Shown here: positions 7,298-14,800 of the stretch, one piece after another
Layout: the number at the start of each line of letters is the position of its first letter
Numbering within the stretch: position 1 is the first letter of the stretch
NCBI GenBank assembly: GCA_043813875.1
Contig: JBDRKP010000002.1
Coordinates: 1-17,460 of the forward strand
DNA from: an archaeon
Lineage (GTDB): Archaea; EX4484-52; B79-G9
Reading direction: 5' to 3'
DNA length: 17,460 nucleotides
Notes under the pieces: generated by a model
Databases searched by the model: none
Told to the model about the DNA's origin: nothing
What the model saw: the letters and a program-made list of their open reading frames with translations, nothing else
Translations under genes and position numbers: made by a program

Positions 7298-8445
7298 AGA
7301 GGATTTATTTTGACCATGCTGCCACTACGCCTGTCGATGCTAAGGTCATGGATGCGATGATGCCTTATTTTTCTGTCAAATACGGCAATGCGTCTTCAAT
7401 CCACCAGGACGGCCAGGAGGCCAAAGAGGCTCTTGAGGATTCGAGGGAGACCATCGCAAGGAAGATGAACGCTGACCCCAAGAGAATCATATTCACGTCC
7501 GGCGGCACTGAGTCCAATAATCTTGCGCTCAAAGGCGTCGCTTTTGCCAACAAAGGCCGCGGGAAGCATATCATAACGTCGAAAATCGAGCATGACTGCG
7601 TACTTAATTCTTCACGATGGCTTGAGAGACAGGGCTTCAAAGTGACATATCTACCTGTCGACAAGCATGGGATTGTCAACCCGGATGATGTCGCTTCTGC
7701 AATCACAAAAGAGACCATACTCGTGTCGGTCATGCATGCCAACAATGAGATCGGGACTATAGAGCCTATCAAGGAGATAGGGAAGTTATGCCGGGAGAAA
7801 GGTGTCTATTTTCACACGGACGCATGCCAGTCGTTCACCAAGGTGCCAATGGATGTGAAGAAACAGAATCTTGATCTTGTCACTATCAATGCGCATAAGA
7901 TCTGTGGGCCTAAAGGGGTCGGAGCGCTCTATATCAATGAGGGCGTGAAGATCGATGCGCTCCAGCACGGGGGCGGGCATGAGAGAAACCTGCGGTCCGG
8001 GACTGAGAATATTCCCGGAATCGTCGGGTTCGCCAAGTCTGTCGAGATCGCCAATGAGAAGAATATCGCTCATATGACTAAAATCAGGGATATGCTGATA
8101 AAGAGGGTACTTTCTGACATCCCTGATACGCGACTGAACGGCCATCCTAAGGAGCGGCTCTGCAATAATGCTCATTTCTCTTTCAAGCATATCGAGGGGG
8201 AGTCTCTGCTCCTGCATATGGATGCGGACGGCGTCGCATGCTCTACGGGGAGCGCGTGCTCGTCGCATACGCTGGATCCTTCGCATGTGCTTCTTGCCAT
8301 CGGGCTTCTGCCGCAGGATGCGCATGGGAGCCTGAGACTCACTGTCGGGAAAGAGAATACTACCGATGAGGCCGGATATGCGGCCGATGCGATGAAGAAG
8401 AATGTCGAGCGCTTAAGGAAGATAAGCCCGTTCGGGGGATCATGA
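7294..8445 (+). CDS. iscS: Cysteine desulfurase (IscS/NifS, group I)
   Basis: IYFDHAATTP, FTSGGTESNN, HANNEIGT, NAHKICGPKG (PLP Lys) and STGSACSS (catalytic Cys). Start moved to ATG 7294 because it makes an ATGA overlap with the upstream stop and follows GGAGG at 7282-7286. Confidence 0.96.
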   Translation: MKRIYFDHAATTPVDAKVMDAMMPYFSVKYGNASSIHQDGQEAKEALEDSRETIARKMNADPKRIIFTSGGTESNNLALKGVAFANKGRGKHIITSKIEHDCVLNSSRWLERQGFKVTYLPVDKHGIVNPDDVASAITKETILVSVMHANNEIGTIEPIKEIGKLCREKGVYFHTDACQSFTKVPMDVKKQNLDLVTINAHKICGPKGVGALYINEGVKIDALQHGGGHERNLRSGTENIPGIVGFAKSVEIANEKNIAHMTKIRDMLIKRVLSDIPDTRLNGHPKERLCNNAHFSFKHIEGESLLLHMDADGVACSTGSACSSHTLDPSHVLLAIGLLPQDAHGSLRLTVGKENTTDEAGYAADAMKKNVERLRKISPFGGS

Positions 8446-8939
8446 TGTACACGAAGGAAGTAATGGATCATTTCAGTAACCCGCGCAATATGGGTGTGAT
8501 AGAGGATGCAGACGGCGTCGGCAAGGTCGGCAATGTCATCTGCGGAGACATCATGTGGATATATATCAAGGTCAGGAAGAATGATTTGGGCGAGCCTGTG
8601 ATCGATGATATCAAGTTCAAGACGATGGGGTGCGCGGCCGCGATCGCGACGTCTTCTATGTCGACTGAGCTTGCGAAGGGCAAGACTATTGATGAAGTGA
8701 TCAAGATAACGAAGCAGGATATCGCGGATTCGCTCGGCGGGCTGCCGCCTGCAAAACTGCATTGCTCTGTGCTTGCGACGGATGCACTGATTGAGGCGAT
8801 CCATGATTATCTTTCAAGGAACAAACTGCCTGTGCCACATGATATTGAAAAGAAGCATGTGAGGATAAAGAACGAGCTTGAAAAGACTGAGAAGAGGTAT
8901 AAGGAGTTTGTTAAGGCGCAGGGGAATTCTGAAAAATAG
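8442..8939 (+). CDS. iscU: Fe-S cluster scaffold protein IscU/NifU-N, with a C-terminal helical extension
   Basis: YTKEVMDHFSNPRNMG, CGD, FKTMGCAAAIA and LGGLPPAKLHCSVLA (three Cys plus Asp and His); ATGA overlap with the iscS stop. Confidence 0.95.
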   Translation: MMYTKEVMDHFSNPRNMGVIEDADGVGKVGNVICGDIMWIYIKVRKNDLGEPVIDDIKFKTMGCAAAIATSSMSTELAKGKTIDEVIKITKQDIADSLGGLPPAKLHCSVLATDALIEAIHDYLSRNKLPVPHDIEKKHVRIKNELEKTEKRYKEFVKAQGNSEK

Positions 8940-8957
8940 CGTCCAGCGGATAAAGTC

Positions 8958-8965
8958 TTTTATAA
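8958..8965 (+). promoter_or_regulatory. Candidate internal TATA box upstream of nadA
   Basis: TTTTATAA, preceded by ATAAAG, lies 29 to 22 nt before the ATG at 8987. Confidence 0.4.
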
Positions 8966-8986
8966 TTATCTCATTTAAGTAGGGTT

Positions 8987-9904
8987 ATGATCAACATGAC
9001 TGACAACAGAGAACTGATTGAGAAAATCAAAAAGCTGAAGAAGGAGAAGAATGCGGTGTTTCTTGCGCATAATTACCAGAGGCCGGAGATCTTTGAGATT
9101 GCCGATTTCATAGGGGATTCGCTTGATCTTAGCATGGCGGCTGCAAAAACTGATGCTGACGTTATTGTCTTCTGCGGCGTGGATTTCATGGCTGAGGCTG
9201 CGAAGATTCTTTCTCCAGGCAAAAAGGTGCTGCACCCGAACAGGATGGCGATGTGCCCGATGGCGCAAATGGTGACTGCCGCTGAGCTTCTGGAGATGAA
9301 GAAGAAGCATCCACATGCGGCTGTCGTGTGCTATATCAATACTAGCGCGGCTGTTAAGGCGGAGTCGGATATCTGCTGCACGTCAGCCAATGCAGTCGAG
9401 GTGATCGAGTCGCTTTCTGAAAAGGAGATAATATTCGTGCCTGATAAGAATCTTGCGCATTATATCCAGACGAAGACGGGCAAGAAGATAATACCGTGGG
9501 AAGGGAATTGCTATGTGCATGATAAGATCCTTCCTGAAAAGGCGAGGGAGGCTTTGAGACTGCATCCCGGGGCAGAGCTTGTGGTGCATCCTGAGTGCAG
9601 GCCTGATGTGATTGCGCTTGCTGATGCTGTGTGCTCTACCAACCAGATGATAGGATATGCGAAGAAGAGCAGCGCTAATGAGTTCATCATCGGCACTGAA
9701 GAGGGGATGATCAACAGGCTCTCAAGAGAGGTGCCGGAGAAGAAGTTCTATACTATCGGCGGCACTTGCCTCCAGATGAAGAAGATTACGCTTGAGAATA
9801 TATTTTCTGCTATCGATAAGGAGAAGCATGAAGTGGTTATTGACGAGGATGTTAGGGTGCGGGCGAAGAGGGCGCTTGATAGGATGCTTGCGTTACGGAA
9901 ATAA
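8987..9904 (+). CDS. nadA: Quinolinate synthase A ([4Fe-4S])
   Basis: LAHNYQ, GDSL, FCGVDFMAE, CPMA, YINTSA, PDKNL, CYVH, HPEC, GTE and CLQMK, including all three cluster Cys; the start could be ATG 8996. Confidence 0.96.
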   Translation: MINMTDNRELIEKIKKLKKEKNAVFLAHNYQRPEIFEIADFIGDSLDLSMAAAKTDADVIVFCGVDFMAEAAKILSPGKKVLHPNRMAMCPMAQMVTAAELLEMKKKHPHAAVVCYINTSAAVKAESDICCTSANAVEVIESLSEKEIIFVPDKNLAHYIQTKTGKKIIPWEGNCYVHDKILPEKAREALRLHPGAELVVHPECRPDVIALADAVCSTNQMIGYAKKSSANEFIIGTEEGMINRLSREVPEKKFYTIGGTCLQMKKITLENIFSAIDKEKHEVVIDEDVRVRAKRALDRMLALRK

Positions 9905-9924
9905 CTTTTTTCTTGCAGATTGTT

Positions 9925-10788
9925 ATGAAAGATGAAGAATTTATTGAGAGTTTCGAGAACAAAGTGAAGAAGACTATTTCGGATTATGACCTGATTTCTG
10001 CGCGCGACAAGGTCATCGTGGCGTGCTCGGGGGGGAAGGATTCTACTGCCGTGCTTTATCTTCTTAAGAAATTCGGCTATGATGTAGAAGCTTTAACAAT
10101 AGATCTTTCGATCGGAGAATGGTCAAGGATAAATCTGGGGAATCTAAGGAAATTCTGCAAAAATTATAATGTCAAATTGCATGTGGCTAATATCAGGGAT
10201 GAATTCGGCTATTCTATCGATGATATCAGGTCTGCGATACAGTCAAAGACCAGGTTAAAAAACTGTACAATCTGCGGCGTGATAAAAAGAGGGATTCTGA
10301 ACAGGAAGGCGAGGGCACTTGGCGGCACGAAAATCGCTACCGGTCACAATCTTGATGATGAGGCGCAGACAGTGTTCATGAACATGATGAAGGGGAACCC
10401 GAAGCTGGGCCTCGGGCTCGGGCCGAAGAGCGGGGTGATGAGCGATGAGAAGTTCGTGCAGAGGATAAAGCCGCTCTATTTCATGCCGAACCATGAGATC
10501 AAGAGGTATACGATGGCGATGGGTTTTCATTTGCTGTACGAGCCGTGCCCGTGCTCGTCGGCGGCGTTCAGAAGGGATATACTGAATGCGCTCAATAAAC
10601 TTGAGAAGGATTATCCTCTTGTGAAGCGCAATATCGTGGATAATTTTTTAAAGATGAAACCGGTCTTATTAGATGCGTACGGACTCAAGGGCAAGGCAGG
10701 GAAGCTTAATTATTGCAGTGTCTGCGGCGAGCCTACGAGGAATGACGTGTGCAAGACGTGCGAACTGTTTGCGGTGCTTAAAAAATGA
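9925..10788 (+). CDS. ttuA: TtuA/Ncs6 (TIGR00269-type) tRNA 2-thiolation enzyme lacking the N-terminal Zn finger
   Basis: PP-loop SGGKDS, CTICG, ATGHNLDDEAQT, RIKPL, PCPC and a C-terminal Zn finger CSVCGEP...CKTC; ATG 9925 preferred over TTG 9913. Confidence 0.88.
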   Translation: MKDEEFIESFENKVKKTISDYDLISARDKVIVACSGGKDSTAVLYLLKKFGYDVEALTIDLSIGEWSRINLGNLRKFCKNYNVKLHVANIRDEFGYSIDDIRSAIQSKTRLKNCTICGVIKRGILNRKARALGGTKIATGHNLDDEAQTVFMNMMKGNPKLGLGLGPKSGVMSDEKFVQRIKPLYFMPNHEIKRYTMAMGFHLLYEPCPCSSAAFRRDILNALNKLEKDYPLVKRNIVDNFLKMKPVLLDAYGLKGKAGKLNYCSVCGEPTRNDVCKTCELFAVLKK

Positions 10789-11777
10789 GTGATAAGATCA
10801 AGGCTGTGGGACTTCTTTCCGGGGGGCTGGACTCTATTTTAGCTGTCAAGCTCATGATCGACCAGGGCATCGAGGTGCATGCGGTCAATTTCACATCTCC
10901 TTTCTTCAACAGCGATTCCGGAAGGAATTGCTATGCGGTCGAGGTCGCGAAGAAGTTCGGCATCCCACTTAAGATGATTGTCGTCGGGCCTGAATATTTC
11001 AGGATCATCAGGAATCCGAAGCATGGGCACGGGTCGGGAATGAACCCGTGCATCGACTGCAAGATTTATTTCCTGAAGATTGCGAAGAAGTATGCTGATG
11101 AAATCGGTGCGAAGTTCATTTTCACAGGAGAGGTTTTCGGGCAGAGGCCTATGAGCCAGCGCCTCGAGGCCATGAAGATTATCGAGAAGGAGGCGGGGCT
11201 TGATGGAAAGGTGCTTCGCCCGCTTTCTTCGAAGTTCCTTAAAAAGACCGAGGCTGAGCGCGAGGGATGGGTCGACCGGGAGAAGCTTATGGGGATAAAG
11301 GGCCGGTCGAGGAAGCCGCAGATGGAGCTTGCGCGGCAATTGCATATCGCTGATTATCCTTCTCCTGGCGGAGGGTGCCTGCTCACCTACAAGGAGTTCG
11401 CACGAAAAGTCTCTGATCTTTTCGTCCATAAGAAAAGGGTCGTGACAAGGGATATGAATATGCTGAAGGCAGGAAAGCATTTCAGGTATGGCGCGAATAA
11501 GATTGTGGTCGGGGCTAATGAGGAGGAGAATAATAGGCTTCTTGCCCTCAAGTATAAGACGGATTATATTTTCGAGGTGCCTGGTGTCGGCAGCCCTGTG
11601 ACTGTGCTAACGGGTGAGAAGACGAGGGATGCTATCAGGATGGCTGCGCGGCTGACTGCGCGGTATTCTGATGCTGATTCTTCTAAGGTGCTTGTGAGGT
11701 ACGGGACTAAAAGGGCTGTGAAGGGGATATGGGTTGCGGCGCTTGACCAGAAGAGGATTGAGAAGCTACGGGTCTAG
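10785..11777 (+). CDS. ThiI-like PP-loop thiouridylase without a THUMP domain, probably with a C-terminal NFACT-R/DUF814-type RNA-binding domain
   Basis: LLSGGLDS, NPCIDCK, TGEVFGQRPMSQ, LRPLS, GRSRKPQ, PSPGGGCLLT, then GKHFR...KIVVGANEEEN...ARLTARYSD; ATGA overlap with ttuA. Confidence 0.82.
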   Translation: MSDKIKAVGLLSGGLDSILAVKLMIDQGIEVHAVNFTSPFFNSDSGRNCYAVEVAKKFGIPLKMIVVGPEYFRIIRNPKHGHGSGMNPCIDCKIYFLKIAKKYADEIGAKFIFTGEVFGQRPMSQRLEAMKIIEKEAGLDGKVLRPLSSKFLKKTEAEREGWVDREKLMGIKGRSRKPQMELARQLHIADYPSPGGGCLLTYKEFARKVSDLFVHKKRVVTRDMNMLKAGKHFRYGANKIVVGANEEENNRLLALKYKTDYIFEVPGVGSPVTVLTGEKTRDAIRMAARLTARYSDADSSKVLVRYGTKRAVKGIWVAALDQKRIEKLRV

Positions 11778-11803
11778 GGGCAATATTGTTCATCTTTATA
11801 TTA

Positions 11804-11810
11804 TTTTTTT
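11804..11810 (+). terminator. Possible archaeal oligo-T terminator
   Basis: A T7 run about 26 nt after the stop of the last gene of the Fe-S/thiolation cluster. Confidence 0.35.
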
Positions 11811-11850
11811 ACCTAATTATGTATTGTAGTTTAACGGGGGATTTACGGGG

Positions 11851-14800
11851 TTGAGGTTGTTAATTATTAGAAATATCAATGTCTGTTTTGTCTGCCTGTT
11901 TGCTATCGTCTTCGCTGCAACTTATACTATCGCCTCTTCTTATCATGATGCTTTGAGCCATCATACGGTGTGGCTTGTTTCTCCTGTGAATGACTCTTAT
12001 ACTAACCAGAATAATGACAGCATCCTGTTTACTTTCAACCATACAGGATATCTTCTGGGGGTTGTCAACTGTACTCTTTTTTTGGATGGGAGTTCGGTAA
12101 ATTATACAACAGGCGTTCCGGCAGATACTAACACGGGTGTTTATTCGAACGTGTCAATAAATGAGGGTGCACGTTATTGGTGGATTAATTGTACCAACGG
12201 CACTGTAAGCGAGTCTTCTTTAGATGCTGGAGGGAATTTTACTCTGAATGTCGATTGGACTCTGCCTTTTATTGGGTTTGTCGATCCTACGCCTGATGAC
12301 GGAAACATGACGACGAGCAACTGGGCCTATATCAATGGAACTATTTCTGATTCCGGCTCTCCTGATAACCTGACGGCTTTCATCGACTGGAACCGCTCGC
12401 TTGTGGGCTGGTGGAGGTTCAACCTTGAATCCGGCGAAAACGACACCTTCGTCCGCGACTGGAGCAGCTACGGCAACAATGGCACAATCTTAAAAACAAA
12501 TCCTGGCATAGACAACTGCACAGGAAATTGCTCGGGATGGACTACAAACGGCAAGTTCGGATACGCAATGCGGTTTGACGGGGTGGATGATTATGTTGAT
12601 GCGGGAAATGGGGCGAGTTTTGGCAATATGGGTGCAATGACTGTTGAAGTGTGGTTTAAAACCATTACACTTGGCGCAGTAGTTGGGCGACTTAATAGCA
12701 CGTGGATTACAGCACCAAACGGAGATTTTAATCTTCAAGTTGGCAATGTGATATATTTTCAACTGAGAATGGGTGGAAGCACTAGGACAGCAAACACTGC
12801 TAATTTAGGTCTTGATGATGATGTATGGCATCATGTTATCGGTGTCTGGAATAACGATAATTTGTATATTTATGTTGATGGAGGATTGAAAACTGGACCT
12901 GTAGCAGCAAGTGGCGCTTTTAATGTCTCAACAAACAAGATATTTATAGGGAAAAGAGAAGCCTCTACGTCAGAACTACCATATAACGGCTCCATCGATG
13001 AAGTCCGCATCTGGAACCGGGCTTTGTCAGAAGAAGAGATCAACGCCTCCTACAACACCGGCATCTACCGATTATACCACAACTTCACCAACCTGACTGA
13101 AGGCACTTATACGTATACTGCTTATGCACAGGATCTCGCAGGAAATGTAAACCAGACTGAGACGAGAACAATAACAATAGATTTACCTCCATACAGCGTC
13201 AATATATGCCAGGATCTGACTATTGAGAACGGGGTCTATATCCTGACAGGCAATGTCTCATCGGCAGGGACATGTTTTACCATAAAGGCGGACAATATCA
13301 CTCTGGACGGGGGAGGATACTGGATAACTTATTCGCAATCCGAATATACGACAGGGTATGCAATCAACAACAGCGACGGATATGACAACATCACGATAAA
13401 GAATTCAAATATTGTGCAGGACTCGACGAGTTTGAATGATTACGCAATATATTTCAGCGGTTTGACAAACGGCACAATCCAGAACAACACAATCACAACT
13501 TCAGGCATAAACGCATACGGCGTCCGGCTCGTCTCATCCAGTGATTCAAGCATCGCGAACAACACAATCACAACCTCAGGCATAAACGGAGCCGGCGTTT
13601 TTCTCGCCTTGTCCAGCAGTTCAAGCATCGCGAACAACACAATCTCAATCTCGGGTGATAGCGGATACGGCGTCCGGCTCGCCTCATCCAGCAGTTCAAG
13701 CATCGCGAACAACACAATTATAACCTTGGGCATAAACGGAGTCGGCGTCTATCTCGATTCGTCCAGCAATTCAAACATCGCGAACAACACAATCACAACC
13801 TTGAACACAAGCGGATACGGTGTCGAACTCTATGATTACAGCAATTATAACGCAATCGCGAACAACATAATCACAACCTCGGGCTCAGGCGGAGATGGCG
13901 TTTTTCTCTACACGTCCAGCAATTCAAATATAACAAACAACACAATTACAACATCAGGTTCAGGCGGAGATGGCGTCTGGTTCTACGGGTCTAACACAAA
14001 CACGCTTTTGAATAATATAATTTCGACATCAAACACAACCGCATACGGTGTTTACATTCTGTCATCTTCCTCAAACAACATCACCGGCGGCTCTGTAATT
14101 GCGAAGAATAGCTATGACTATTATTGGGAAGATGCAGGCACAACAAGTAATGTTACGAACACAAACTTCACTGCATTAAGGCAGATTTACTTCGCCGACG
14201 CAACTTCATGGTTCAACTACAGAAACGACAGCTCGAATAATATCTGGCTCAAGACAAACGTCTCGGCGGCAGGCTCGATAAACCGAACGCTTATCAACTG
14301 GAACAATGCGCTGATGCTGTGGAATGACACGAACTCAACGGCAGACGTTGATACAAGGTATAATATTACAGGATTATTGGCAGATACGATATACCATGTT
14401 TATAATACGTCTGGTGGCATCCAGACGAAATCATATGCTCTTACAACAGATGCGAATGGAATTTTGCCAAGTTTCACTATTGAATTGAGAGGGAAAACGA
14501 AGATCAAGGTTCAGGAAGGAAAACATATTATAACAATATTATCGCCTTTGAATAAGACATACAATACGAATACTGTATGGTTTAATGTGACATCGGATGA
14601 TGACGGAAGCTGGTGCGGGTATTCGCTTGACGGCGCGGCGAATGTCTCGATGGCAAATGATACGACAACACTCTTCTTTGACCAAAACGATTCTATGGCA
14701 GACGGCTCACATTATTGTGAGATTTCATGTAATGATACGCTTGGAAACATGAACATATCAATAGCTTATTTTGCAGTCGATACCGAGCCCCCCATCATAA

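Noticed and set aside
7365..11480. Long antisense ORFs opposite iscS, iscU, nadA and the thiouridylases (for example 8172-8804 and 10839-11480)
   Set aside because: They are shadow frames of well-supported genes with biased codon usage and carry no motifs; the same applies to antisense ORFs elsewhere in the window.
627..11777. Selenocysteine or pyrrolysine readthrough at TGA/TAG stops
   Set aside because: All proteins are full length at their stops with catalytic Cys encoded normally, and no domain continues beyond a stop.
13483..14085. Possible DGR template/variable repeat or CRISPR
   Set aside because: The units are in-frame tandem coding repeats, differences are not restricted to adenines, and no reverse transcriptase is in the window.
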